A stretch of 63,454 nt of DNA, the filler included, from Octopus bimaculoides (Eukaryota), in the NCBI RefSeq assembly GCF_001194135.2. It is 4 parts of 3 records of this genome, joined end to end, with 100 filler letters (N's around TTAATTAATTAA, not from the genome) between each part and the next. Parts side by side here need not be neighbours in the genome. Positions count along the whole stretch, not along the records: positions 13,447 to 41,734 come from NC_068987.1; 3 more parts are not named here. One strand, given 5' to 3'. The notes beneath the pieces were generated by a model. The model was not told the DNA's origin, made no database searches, and saw only the letters and a list, made by a program, of their open reading frames with translations. A program made the position numbers and the translations under genes. Below, piece after piece: positions 25,812-39,261 of this stretch; the first letter of the stretch is position 1; the number at the start of each line of letters is the position of its first letter.

Positions 25812-26104
25812 TACGCACGCACAAACACACGCACAAATACACACACACACACACACATGAATATGAATGTTTTGATAGATAAAATAGATTTCGATAAGAC
25901 GACAGAGACACACACACAGACAGACACATATGCGCACGTATGTGCGCATCCACCCAAACACACTCACACACACACTCATGTTGTCGAAGTCGATCGTGGT
26001 TGTTTCTGTCTGGCCTTCAGTTGTTGTTTTCTGTTGTCTTTTCTTATTCCTTCTCTTTCAAACAATATAAAGTTATTGTTCATGTTTTGTCGGTTGTCGG
26101 TACG

Positions 26105-26360
26105 ATTGGTTACGATCGGCTCAAAGCTTTGCTGCAGAGTAGAGTTGACCTAAGGAAATCTTTGTAGCGTTGAAGAGCACCGTTTGTCTTTCCGTCGTTG
26201 CCAGATCGCTGAAGTTAATTTGACGAGGAAGTCGTTCATCGTTTATCCTGGTAACATGGCCGTCCCATCGAAGACAATATCTAATAAATAGGGATTTGAT
26301 GGTTTGGCTCTTCGCTCTTTCAATCACGGAGTTATTGGAAACATACACAAATTACTTGTT
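26105..26360 (-). mobile_element. RTE-clade LINE 3' ORF fragment
   Basis: LRWDGHVTRINDERLPRQINFSDL matches the RTE/BovB-type LRWxGHVxRMxDxRLPKQ motif. Confidence 0.75.
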
Positions 26361-26374
26361 GTTCAAGAGAGAGG

Positions 26375-26441
<67 letters not shown>

Positions 26442-26483
26442 ACAAGNNNNNNNNNNNNNNNNNNNNNNNNNNNNNNNNNNNNN

Positions 26484-26546
<63 letters not shown>

Positions 26547-27134
26547 ACAAGATCCAATTGAGGAAAGAGTTCAAGTTACTGATATCAAGACGATATCAAG
26601 TCCAAGTTTCATGATTATATAAGAATGTGGATATAACAACTTGGTAGACCATAATCTTATCATCAACATCTTTGTCTTTGAATGCACAATTTTTTAGTTT
26701 ACCTAAAGATGATTAAACTGATATATATAAGATCGNNNNNNNNNNNNNNNNNNNNNNNNNNNNNNNNNNNNNNNNNNNNNNNNNNNNNNNNNNNNNNNNN
26801 NNNNNNNNNNNNNNNNNNNNNNNNNNNNNNNNNNNNNNNNNNNNNNNNNNNNNNNNNNNNNNNNNNNNNNNNNNNNNNNNNNNNNNNNNNNNNNNNNNNN
26901 NNNNNNNNNNNNNNNNNNNNNNNNNNNNNNNNNNNNNNNNNNNNNNNNNNNNNNNNNNNNNNNNNNNNNNNNNNNNNNNNNNNNNNNNNNNNNNNNNNNN
27001 NNNNNNNNNNNNNNNNNNNNNNNNNNNNNNNNNNNNNNNNNNNNNNNNNNNNNNNNNNNNNNNNNNNNNNNNNNNNNNNNNNNNNNNNNNNNNNNNNNNN
27101 NNNNNNNNNNNNNNNNNNNNNNATTTGTTTTTTT

Positions 27135-27459
27135 TTATTTATTTCAATCATTTGACTGCGGCCATGCTGCAGCACCGCCTTTAGTCGAGCAAATCGACCC
27201 CAGGACTTATTCTTTGGATGCCTAGTACTTATTCTATCGGTCTCTTTAGCCGAACCGCTAAGTTACGTGGGCCTAAACACACCACCATCGGTTGTCAAGC
27301 GATGTTGGGGAGACACAGACACACAAACATATACACACACAAACATATACACACACATACATATGTGTATATATATACATATATACGACGGATTTCTTTC
27401 AGTTTCCGTCTACCAAATGCACTCACAAGGCTTTAATCGGCCCGAGGCTATAGTAGAAG
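27135..27459. repeat. SINE family A with internal (CA/TA) microsatellite
   Basis: Best-preserved copy of the family seen at 20-190; CpGs are retained. Confidence 0.85.
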
Positions 27460-27951
27460 NNNNNNNNNNNNNNNNNNNNNNNNNNNNNNNNNNNNNNNNN
27501 NNNNNNNNNNNNNNNNNNNNNNNNNNNNNNNNNNNNNNNNNNNNNNNNNNNNNNNNNNNNNNNNNNNNNNNNNNNNNNNNNNNNNNNNNNNNNNNNNNNN
27601 NNNNNNNNNNNNNNNNNNNNNNNNNNNNNNNNNNNNNNNNNNNNNNNNNNNNNNNNNNNNNNNNNNNNNNNNNNNNNNNNNNNNNNNNNNNNNNNNNNNN
27701 NNNNNNNNNNNNNNNNNNNNNNNNNNNNNNNNNNNNNNNNNNNNNNNNNNNNNNNNNNNNNNNNNNNNNNNNNNNNNNNNNNNNNNNNNNNNNNNNNNNN
27801 NNNNNNNNNNNNNNNNNNNNNNNNNNNNNNNNNNNNNNNNNNNNNNNNNNNNNNNNNNNNNNNNNNNNNNNNNNNNNNNNNNNNNNNNNNNNNNNNNNNN
27901 NNNNNNNNNNNNNNNNNNNNNNAGAGTTGTTCGAAAACCGAGATACTACTG

Positions 27952-27986
<35 letters not shown>

Positions 27987-28099
27987 GTGCGTGCGTGTGG
28001 GTGTGCGTGCGTCTATTTGTGTGTGTGTGTGTTTGTGTGTATCTATATATATATGTATATAAATATATATATATATATATACACACACACATATATATA

Positions 28100-29130
28100 T
28101 ATATATATGTATATATTGTAGTTACAGCTCAGAGCTCTGGTCATACTGATGTACCGTTTTGCTACTCTGTTTTTACTGTGAGCCTCCTCCAGTATGTGGA
28201 ACTTGGTGAAGAATAGATTTTGATGTAGCTACTACCCTCATTTACACTTCTTGCCTTGATGTGAGTTCATCTGGGTCTCTCGAGAGGAAGAGGTCCAACC
28301 TTGATTTAAAAACGCCTACATCTACTTTGTGCAGATTCCTCAGGCTCTTTGGGAGAATATTAAAAAGCTGTGAGCCCCTGAAACCCAGGATTTTGAAGTA
28401 ACTGGTCCTGAAGTGCGATTGCATTTCTGGGATCTTTGGCACTATGCAATGTTGACACGTTCTGTCATTACTGTAGCTTTTAATGCCAAAATTTGGCACA
28501 ATTCTTTGCAGGATCTCCCAGATGAATGTTACTGCATACCACTCCCACCTTCACTCCAGGGAGTAGAGCCTTAGCTGTTTCAGCCTTTCCCAGTAGCTGA
28601 GCTGTCACAATGAGACGATACTCTATCTGAAGCTTCGCTGGATTGCTTCAAGCTCCGCTGTTATGTTTACACTATGGGTGACCATAGCTGGGAGCAGTAA
28701 TCCAGGCGGCTGAAGACGAATATCCCCCAGAGGATCATCATGGTTTCCTTATCTCTGGTCCTGAATTTTCTCAGGATGCACCCAGCCTGTCGTCTGCACT
28801 TTGTTACCAACCTGGTAATATGCACTTTGAAAGATGTATCATCGCTCATGTCGATACCCACGTCCCTCACTGATTTAGGCTCTTGAATTGTAAATCCCTA
28901 TGGACTAGTGTACCTTGTAAGTTTCATATTCAGTTTTGGACGCTGGTTGCGCAGGTCTTGGAATTTTCAGCATTAAACTTCAGTCAACTGAGTCCAACTC
29001 CTGCTGCAGGTGTGTAACATCACTGGAGTTCTGTATTTTCTGCGAGACTTTCGTATCGTCTGCGTAGATAGATAGATAGACCACGATTTATTTGTGATCA
29101 GAGACGTTCGTAAACTGAGGTGCTGCTGTA
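28100..29130 (-). mobile_element. CR1-group LINE 3' fragment (RT C-terminus to ORF end)
   Basis: YADDTKV (29055-29066), RDVGIDMSDD..F..HI, FSRLDYCSQLWSP, RGSQLFNILPKSLRNL..FKSRLDLFL; frameshifted. Confidence 0.88.
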
Positions 29131-29206
29131 TTAAATGTATATAAGAAAGGCAGGAGATAAAGTACGATTAATTCGTGATCAGAGTTGCTCGAAAACCGAG
29201 CTTCTA

Positions 29207-29261
<55 letters not shown>

Positions 29262-31907
29262 CAGGTGTCTCTATATATAAACATTTGTGTAAGTGTATGA
29301 CTATATGTGTGCGCGTATGTGAATGCGTGAGTACATATGTGTGTGAGTTTGGGACAGCTACTNNNNNNNNNNNNNNNNNNNNNNNNNNNNNNNNNNNNNN
29401 NNNNNNNNNNNNNNNNNNNNNNNNNNNNNNNNNNNNNNNNNNNNNNNNNNNNNNNNNNNNNNNNNNNNNNNNNNNNNNNNNNNNNNNNNNNNNNNNNNNN
29501 NNNNNNNNNNNNNNNNNNNNNNNNNNNNNNNNNNNNNNNNNNNNNNNNNNNNNNNNNNNNNNNNNNNNNNNNNNNNNNNNNNNNNNNNNNNNNNNNNNNN
29601 NNNNNNNNNNNNNNNNNNNNNNNNNNNNNNNNNNNNNNNNNNNNNNNNNNNNNNNNNNNNNNNNNNNNNNNNNNNNNNNNNNNNNNNNNNNNNNNNNNNN
29701 NNNNNNNNNNNNNNNNNNNNNNNNNNNNNNNNNNNNNNNNNNNNNNNNNNNNNNNNNNNNNNNNNNNNNNNNNNNNNNNNNNNNNNNNNNNNNNNNNNNN
29801 NNNNNNNNNNNNNNNNNNNNNNNNNNNNNNNNNNNNNNNNNNNNNNNNNNNNNNNNNNNNNNNNNNNNNNNNNNNNNNNNNNNNNNNNNNNNNNNNNNNN
29901 NNNNNNNNNNNNNNNNNNNNNNNNNNNNNNNNNNNNNNNNNNNNNNNNNNNNNNNNNNNNNNNNNNNNNNNNNNNNNNNNNNNNNNNNNNNNNNNNNNNN
30001 NNNNNNNNNNNNNNNNNNNNNNNNNNNNNNNNNNNNNNNNNNNNNNNNNNNNNNNNNNNNNNNNNNNNNNNNNNNNNNNNNNNNNNNNNNNNNNNNNNNN
30101 NNNNNNNNNNNNNNNNNNNNNNNNNNNNNNNNNNNNNNNNNNNNNNNNNNNNNNNNNNNNNNNNNNNNNNNNNNNNNNNNNNNNNNNNNNNNNNNNNNNN
30201 NNNNNNNNNNNNNNNNNNNNNNNNNNNNNNNNNNNNNNNNNNNNNNNNNNNNNNNNNNNNNNNNNNNNNNNNNNNNNNTATATATATATATGCTAGTGTG
30301 TGCTTATATGTATATGCACTTGTTTGTATGCAACATAGTTTGGTATGAATGACAGACCTTATGACATGGAAAACTGGTCTTTGGCGGGTGGTCGCCCGTA
30401 GCTAGGGGCTCAAAGAATCAAATAAAATCTAGGACAACCTTTAACTGGAAATAAACGTCAAGAGCGAAAATAAATATATGTAAAAGAAAGAAACTAAACA
30501 AAGAAAAAATATAAAAAAATAATAGCAATGCTTCCATAGCTCTTTTGAGTAATTGGAAAGTAAAGCAACATTGAACGGAGGTATGGAGTATTAGTGTGGC
30601 CAGAGCTGAGAAATTGCTATAATTATTTTCTTCGCAACTAATTGTTTTTTCCTTCTTCTATTACGCATTTTTTCTAATGCGCAATCCTCTGGGCTATAGG
30701 CTTGGAAATATTTTGCTGAGGACAGTACATCGTTACTGTTCGGACGAGAGCAATAGTGGACGTTAGGATTCATTAATTTCATCAGAAAGTAATTTTTTTT
30801 TTTACGTAAATACATATGTTTAAATGTATGTCATGTGTATGTTGAATGTCTGTGGTGAGAAAACCATATGGAACTCTCGTCTTAGTCGCTATTTATATCA
30901 AACGCATGGAAGCCTTTATTTAAGTGCAATGTGTTCTCTATTTCACATTAGTTAATGCTTTTATTAAGTTCGTTTTTTTTTGTTATCTTTTGTTCCATTC
31001 TTATTTTAAAATTATGAATGCTTTTGTTTCGACTTGACTCCTTACTATAATGATGCATTTGCATCAAAAGAAAATTAAAAGATAAAAAAAAAGAAACAAG
31101 AAGGAAAACATTTCTAGATTCATAAGAATTGTCTAATGTGTTTGCAGAGAAGAAAGATGTAAAATATTTGAGAATAAGTTTGACATTTCTAAAACAGTGT
31201 CCCAGAAGATGTATTTAGCATATCTCGAATAATGAACAGTATCAAATACATTAGTACAGAAGGAAATGTATAATATTCATGAAACTCTTCCAGTGCAACG
31301 TCAATTATTAAGCGACATCTACCTACTTTGGAATTCGATTTGCGAATTAAATTCATCGAAAAACTTATAGCTATTTTCCGAGTTACCACATGACTTAGGC
31401 GTTCTAAAAGCAGAAATTGTGTGCTATTCAATTAGGATAAGAGGAATATTGAGTAAGATAAGCGTCTATGACATTCCAAAAGAATGTTAAAGAAAACCTA
31501 CATTTGTTAATGATTTCACTACTTACAAATACCAGTTAATGTCTGGGATATTTATAAATTTTCAGAAATGCTGTACATTTGAAATTCTAAAACAGAAAAC
31601 GAAATATATAGGATGGCATACACAGAAATATCCGACAGTAATTTTGTTAAATCTTAGTATAAAAGAATATCGCTGCTTTCGTATATAAGAATTTACTTTT
31701 TTTGTGTGTTATTGAATTTCATTGCATGGAAACAAAACTGATACGATTGAAGGAAAATTTCATATAAATGATATATATATATACATAAATATATACACTG
31801 GCTCCATAGTCAATAATTTGACACACTTTATATCGTTGGATAGAAGAACTTGTGATATTCGTTTCCGCGTTTTGTGTTTAGGGTTCAAATCACCTGTCAC
31901 TCCTTAC

Positions 31908-31983
31908 CATTCGAAGCCGATAAAAATGAAAACATCCAGGATTTCGGGTGATTCTTTTTCGTCTTCTATCCATCGATTTCTCT
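31908..31983 (-). other. Candidate exon (76 nt) of an unidentified minus-strand transcript
   Basis: Acceptor ggttttcttctctag and donor atg|gtaagg. The frame is open in phase with the upstream candidate exon: (E)RNRWIEDEKESPEILDVFIFIGFE. Confidence 0.35.
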
Positions 31984-32159
31984 CTAGAGAAGAAAACCAC
32001 GTATGTTCAAATTTTAAATAGATCGAACTCGTTATGTGTTTAAAATGCCCACGAAACTCCATATGTTACAATTTTTATGGGATAAGGGTTAACATAAATA
32101 ATACATTATTTTAAATGAGATAAATTCATATTTATTCATGTTCCTTCTTTGTAATAAAC

Positions 32160-32350
32160 ATTGTAATTCACGCAGGGCAAAATGCTTAGTAGCATTTCGT
32201 CCGTCTTCACGTTCTGAGTTCAAATTCTGCCGAGGTGGACTTTGCCTTTCATCTTTTCAAGGTTGATGAAATAAGTACCAGTTAAGCACTGGACTCAATG
32301 TAACCGACTTAGCCCCTTTTCCGAAAATGTTAGTCATATGCCAACGTTTG
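32160..32350 (+). repeat. SINE family B (B-box-like gagttcaaat)
   Basis: Other copies on the minus strand at about 35300-35500, 35530-35710, 39495-39705, 40745-40955, 56720-56905 and 56925-57110, and on the plus strand at about 48940-49040. Confidence 0.85.
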
Positions 32351-32813
32351 AAACGAATAAATATAACAATTCCAGTAATCTCGAGATATAAATATTATTT
32401 ATTATTTGACAGATTAAAAATATTTGCTCAACTATTCGAGATTAAAGCTACCTATCATATCTCCAGTGCATTCTAGATGTGATCAGATTTATAAAGCCGG
32501 ATACTAAGGAAAGACCAAGGATTTTCTAACGACATAATCACTGTAAGTAAACTGGAAAGGATTCGCCTAAATTTACCCACTATCTTGCAGTGTTCGTCAA
32601 TGTTAAAGAAAAGAAAGGTAGAAGTTTGAAGAAAATAAATATCTTTCTGAAAATATGCTTCCCTACAACAGAAAGGCCTCCTTCAATTCTGTAATTAGTG
32701 ACATTAATAAAACTTAATAGAACCTAATTCTAAAATGAATTTTTCATTTTATATGAAACAAATAAATAAATAGATGAATAAATAAACCCTTTTGAAGAAG
32801 TTTTCGTCAATAC

Positions 32814-32972
32814 CTAATGGCGGATTTTTACTCAAAATACTTGCAGCCATAGGCACAACATATTCTATGTTCGGAAACCTTTCGCATTTCTGACGATATA
32901 TCCGCCGGATTATAGAATACCAGACACGAAAAGGAAGAGCATAATTAGGCTGAGTAGGGATATAAGAAACAC
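32814..32972 (-). other. Candidate exon (159 nt, phase 1-1) of an unidentified minus-strand transcript
   Basis: Acceptor ttcttctttctgaactttag and donor tag|gtattg. One frame is open for 52 codons: VSYIPTQPNYALPFRVWYSIIRRIYRQKCERFPNIEYVVPMAASILSKNPPL. Product not recognised. Confidence 0.35.
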
Positions 32973-34007
32973 CTAAAGTTCAGAAAGAAGAAAATTTCTT
33001 TAATTTTGCTGGAGGAAGACGCTATATATTTTTGATGTTCTCATTGGCTTTACTTATTAACATTGTAGTAAAAATGAATGACATGCTGTCGGCTCACTGG
33101 AAAGCGAATCAGTATTTACACAGGATATCCATGTTGTTTTCAAAGCCCTATATTTACGTAATTTAATTTAAAAAAAAAATAATCTCTTCCTTTGACATTT
33201 CAATGTATTTTTATCATTTTGCTTTTAATTAATAACAGAATATTTTTAGATAATATTTTTTCTATTTTTCTTTAAAAATCAATAAACTTACTTGAACCTA
33301 AATACTTTACTACTGATATTTATGTGAAATTTAATAAAATAAATACATTTAAATTCCACTTTTACATTAATTAGGATCTTATTAAATAAAGTGGGTGCAT
33401 CTAAAACATTGGCATTATACTTGAATTTGAAAACTTTTAGTTTTAGAGCATTAAAATATTTCAATGTATTATCTGAATTTGACCTAGAACACACGCATAT
33501 TATTGATAATAACATAAGAAAAATTGTAAGAAAGTGAAATTCTCTTTGAAATAAAGAACATTTACGATTCCTCCACTTACCAGAAAATGTCACGAACTCA
33601 CTAAAATAACCGTGGTTAGACAACATAAAAGATGGTAAGTATTAATTCCAAGATGACGGAGAACGAGAAAACAGAGTCAGGTAGAAAACAAAACTTAGAC
33701 GAAACATAGTGTCTCATACGCAGAGAAACGCATACATAAAAAAGATGAGTTAACTAGGTTAGACCGTCGAACTGAAGGTTATTGCACACACATAATACAT
33801 GTTATCATAGTGGAATGCCGTATTATGGTATATACAACAAATATAGCTAGACAGTAGCTGAAAACGAACAAAAATTGGTAAATAATTACACACGCAGAGT
33901 TATATTTCATATATTTTGGGATAGTCTAGTGTCCTTTCCTCCAAAATATAAATACAATATGTGTGTGTGTGTATGTGTCTGTATATATATATATANNNNN
34001 NNNNNTA

Positions 34008-34043
<36 letters not shown>

Positions 34044-35749
34044 CAGAAGATGGATGGATACTTTGATCCATTGATATGTATTTCGATCAAATCGATGAAT
34101 AGACAGGATAAATTGAAAGAGAAAGAATTTCTGAACGAGAGAGTCAGGGTGAGGAAAGAAAAAAAGACAAAATCAAAGCTATATTGCATTGACAATGTTA
34201 GAGAGATTTAAAGAAATGACCAGACATATACCAATAGAAAGTAGTCGAAAAATAAAAATTTGTAAAATGGAAGCTTTAAGAATTGTTTGAGTTTAGTATT
34301 GATCTTGATACTTTAGATTTCAGTTCCACGGGCACAGAAATGCAGATAAAACGATTAAACAAATATCTATCTTTGAATTTATTATGATTAAAGAATATGT
34401 TACTTCTACAATTCCATAGTCTGAAAATATCAGAGTTCAAACCGATCTCACATGTGACCTTTAAATAAGAAGCAAGACTTAACACATTTATAAGACTTCG
34501 AGTAAGTTCTGTGAGGTAAAGAATAGATTTGGCTTTTAAATAACATGTTTTGTTCAAAGGTATGAACAATAGATATAGTAATTAAATTAAAATAAATGTA
34601 TTTTGTGAAGCGAAAGTGAGACATGAGAATTTTATGTAATTATATAGACATATATAACAAGTGGACATTTTACCGTGGTTCTTGTTGGAAACATTTAGTG
34701 AGAACAAGTGGTAAGCTACACCAGTGGGAAAATTCGAATATAATACAGTTATGGGGAAAGGGAATTTAATTCAAACTAACACCAGCATACTAACATGAAG
34801 CGGTTATCTACATTCATTACTGCGTGAATATTTATAGAAATAAGAATAATAACGAAGAAATATATTATAACGTGGCAAAATGTGATGCTAACCTTCGGGA
34901 TTGCTGATAAAATTATAACATTTCTAGAAATTCCTATTTGATGCAATTTAATACGTTTAGAAATACTGTATGGAATCTTACTTTTAGTATCCAGAATTAG
35001 AACATTAGCACATTATAATTTCAAAGAGTTTATTAACCAAAAACTACCATACTACTGTTGGTTAGTTTTGGAAAAACTCTCATCAGTCATACCTACGATA
35101 AACAGTAATTCATCCATGGCACTTCTGATGATTTTTCAGTTATAGTGCATCGTTTTTTTTGAACACAGAAATCTCTGATTTGAAGGAAATTTGACGGGAA
35201 ACTTAAAAGTTGTGCTACAGCAATGACATATCCCTCCAGTTTTCAGCTTGAATAAATGCGACATCCTTGAGGAGATTCGAAAGATTTTTAACGCGAAATA
35301 TATTTATTTCTTTATTGCCCTCAGAGGGCTAAACATAGAGGGGACAAACAAAGACAGACAAAGGGATTAAGGCGATTACATCGACTCCAGGGTGTAACTG
35401 GTACTTATATGATCGATCCCGAAAGGATGAAGTCAAAGAGTAAAGAGTCGGAAGGAAGTCTACTAAGCATTTTCTCCGATGCACTGACAATTCCGCAAGC
35501 TAACCTCTTTTGTTTCAATATTTGGGATAATTCTTGCAATTTTATGTATGTAGGGGGTTATACGATCACATCGACCCCACTTCTTAACTCAAATTCTATT
35601 TTATCGAACCTAAGAGGATGAAAGACAAAATTTATTTCGGCTGGAATTAAACCCTGAATGTAAAGAGCTGGAAGAAATGTCAGTAAGCATTGTGTTCGAC
35701 TCGCTAGCGATTGCGTCAGCTCACAAACGTCTACTGTTATATCTTTTAT

Positions 35750-36600
35750 AGTTTACTTATTTCAGTCATTGAACTGTGGCCATGCTGGAGTACTGCCTTG
35801 AAAGTTTTAGTCAAGAAGTCGCCTCCGGCTTTATTCTACCGGTCGCTTATTGGGACCTGTTACATGGACGCATACAATCCAGTACCGGTTGTCAAGCGGT
35901 ATGAGGAACACAAAGAAAGATCTACACCCACTGAGATATGTAAATATGAAACCGGTCGTATATGTGTGTATANNNNNNNNNNNNNNNNNNNNNNNNNNNN
36001 NNNNNNNNNNNNNNNNNNNNNNNNNNNNNNNNNNNNNNNNNNNNNNNNNNNNNNNNNNNNNNNNNNNNNNNNNNNNNNNNNNNNNNNNNNNNNNNNNNNN
36101 NNNNNNNNNNNNNNNNNNNNNNNNNNNNNNNNNNNNNNNNNNNNNNNNNNNNNNNNNNNNNNNNNNNNNNNNNNNNNNNNNNNNNNNNNNNNNNNNNNNN
36201 NNNNNNNNNNNNNNNNNNNNNNNNNNNNNNNNNNNNNNNNNNNNNNNNNNNNNNNNNNNNNNNNNNNNNNNNNNNNNNNNNNNNNNNNNNNNNGTATTTG
36301 TGTGTCTGTGTTTGTCTCCCCACTATCGCTTGACAACCGATGTTGGTGTGTTTACGTCTCCGTAACTTAGTGGTTCGGCAAAAAGAGATCGATAGAATAA
36401 GTACTGGGCTTACAAAGAATAAGTTCTGGGGTCGATTTTCTCGACTAAAGGTGGTTCTCCATCATGGCCGCAGTCAAATGACTGAAACAAGTAAAAGAGA
36501 TAATGGGAATCCGCATAGTTTTCCTTTACCAAATTCACTCGCAAGGCTTTAGTAGAACCGTTGGTTTTAGCAGAAGACACTTGTCCATGGTACCACACAA
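35750..36600. repeat. SINE family A copies in both orientations flanking a gap
   Basis: 35750-35970 has the same orientation as the 27135 copy; 36294-36495 is inverted. Confidence 0.8.
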
Positions 36601-37352
36601 TAGGACTGAACCCAAAACCATGTGATTTAAAGGGGAACTTTGTAACCAAACAGCCATGCTTGCGCCCATATAATAATACTTTTATCACAAATCAGCTGTT
36701 GTATATAATGTCAGCACATAATGAAATTGTCCTTGTAAACACTAAAAGTCTGAGGTTGTTCACCCGTGATTGCCTTTTCCTTGTTCATTTCTTAATCATG
36801 ATATTCCCACATTGTACAATAGCATATACTGTTATCTTTTGCCGGCGATTGAAATCTCAAAGCTATCCGTAGTCCCGTGAGATAAGAAACGAGATTAATT
36901 GTCGCTTTATTTGTATAAACTGTATAAATTCATGCCGTCAACTGTCACAAACATCTAATAACAGATTATTTATTCATTCGCTGAACTGTCATTCAATCAT
37001 TGCATCGTTTTCATTCAAGCACAGTGTAACCTGCGCGTGTGTGTGTGTGTGTGTGTGTATGTGTGTTGATCCTTGGCATCCCGTAGGAGATGATGTTACT
37101 CATTTGATGCAATAAATGCCAATTACTGATTTGGGCTCAATTATACTCCTGAATGGTATCGGGTTTCACTAGTTTCACATCAGCAGCCCAATGTGTGTGC
37201 ACAGTCAGTAAAGTGTTTGAGAGAAAAAGAAAATTTGATCTAACAGTCGCTGACTTCTGATATGATGGACAGAATGCTTCACAAATTCAAACATGTACAC
37301 ATACACTCTTAGACACATGTGTGTGTGAGTTTGTGTACGTGTTTGTACACAC

Positions 37353-37397
<45 letters not shown>

Positions 37398-37920
37398 NNN
37401 NNNNNNNNNNNNNNNNNNNNNNNNNNNNNNNNNNNNNNNNNNNNNNNNNNNNNNNNNNNNNNNNNNNNNNNNNNNNNNNNNNNNNNNNNNNNNNNNNNNN
37501 NNNNNNNNNNNNNNNNNNNNNNNNNNNNNNNNNNNNNNNNNNNNNNNNNNNNNNNNNNNNNNNNNNNNNNNNNNNNNNNNNNNNNNNNNNNNNNNNNNNN
37601 NNNNNNNNNNNNNNNNNNNNNNNNNNNNNNNNNNNNNNNNNNNNNNNNNNNNNNNNNNNNNNNNNNNNNNNNNNNNNNNNNNNNNNNNNNNNNNNNNNNN
37701 NNNNNNNNNNNNNNNNNNNNNNNNNNNNNNNNNNNNNNNNNNNNNNNNNNNNNNNNNNNNNNNNNNNNNNNNNNNNNNNNNNNNNNNNNNNNNNNNNNNN
37801 NNNNNNNNNNNNNNNNNNNNNNNNNNNNNNNNNNNNNNNNNNNNNNNNNNNNNNNNNNNNNNNNNNNNNNNNNNNNNNNNNNNNNNNNNNNNNNNNNNNN
37901 NNNNNNNNNNNNNNNNNNNN

Positions 37921-37954
<34 letters not shown>

Positions 37955-39261
37955 GAATATTTATGTGTATACATATACAAATATGTGAGTGTGTGTGTGT
38001 GTGTCTTCACATATGCATGAATACACAGACTGACTCGCGCAATCATGCACTTAACTGTCACGCTGTCAAGTCATCAAAATGTGATGAGATGTTGTAACAG
38101 TAATTCATTATCAAAGAAAAGTCAATAATATGAATGAATAAAAAAAATTAATTTTGTAGTACATTAAGGCTGTTTGTTAGCGTGAGCGTAATTTGATGAA
38201 AATTACATATTAAAAAAGGTTGAATACCAGTTTGCAGCTGTGATCTTCTTTATTTTTGTAAGGGTCGGAACTTAAAAGTGAAACAGCTCTCAGACACAAG
38301 CAGACATATCCATATAACATACACAGTCCACACAGGCGCGTTTATATGCGAAACAGTATTGGAAAGGAAGAATATGCATATATTAGGTGTATTAAATATG
38401 TATTTGTGTGTGTGCATATGCGTGTGTGCGTATGGGTATAGTAATATGCATCATTCTCACACGTTGCTTTTCAGACCTCTCTCTCCATGCAAGAAATGTC
38501 GTTGCATTTGACTCAGTTATGCATTTCGTTATGTCTAACACAAGCACTTACGGGCCAGTAATAAATAGCTCCAAAGCAGTAAAAATTCTTTGACCTGACA
38601 ATAAATCTGATGTGTTTGCAAGACTATTTTTTTTTTTTTTAAGTTTTTTAGGAAATGAACATTTCAATGCAAATCTAAGAAGAGGTTTTCCTGCAACATT
38701 TTATAACCTAGATATACCATTCTCTTGCATGCAAAAGCATTAATTTTGTAGAGTTTGAGGTTCGACTATTATGTTATTTCTTAATCCAGCATTTATGACA
38801 AGCTGTCAGAATTCAGAGCAGAGCAATGCCGGTGAGTATATAAGATAACCTGTGCAAATACTTTGAAAATATAATAACGCAGACAGATACATTCATTGCA
38901 AATTTACGTTATTTTCCCTTCGTTTAAACATACATGCATAACAACAATATTGTACAAAACATGTTCTTAAAATTCTATTAAATTAATCAAGCTGTGTCTG
39001 TAAGTCGGTATTCATTCTCTCTAATTCACCATTAGTAATACATTGTGGTTTGTGATGTGGTATTTTTCAATCTAACGTAATCTTTAACACTTTGGATCAT
39101 TATTGTTTGAGAGGGAACTATCAAAGTTAATTCATGCAATCTTCTGTAGACTCGAACCTAACTTTCTTTTGCAAAACGTGTCTAAAGCTTCATGTTGTGA
39201 TTCATTAAAAGTTATTTGAAAAGTACACATATTGGTATAATCCCCTTTTAAATGACTTTTA

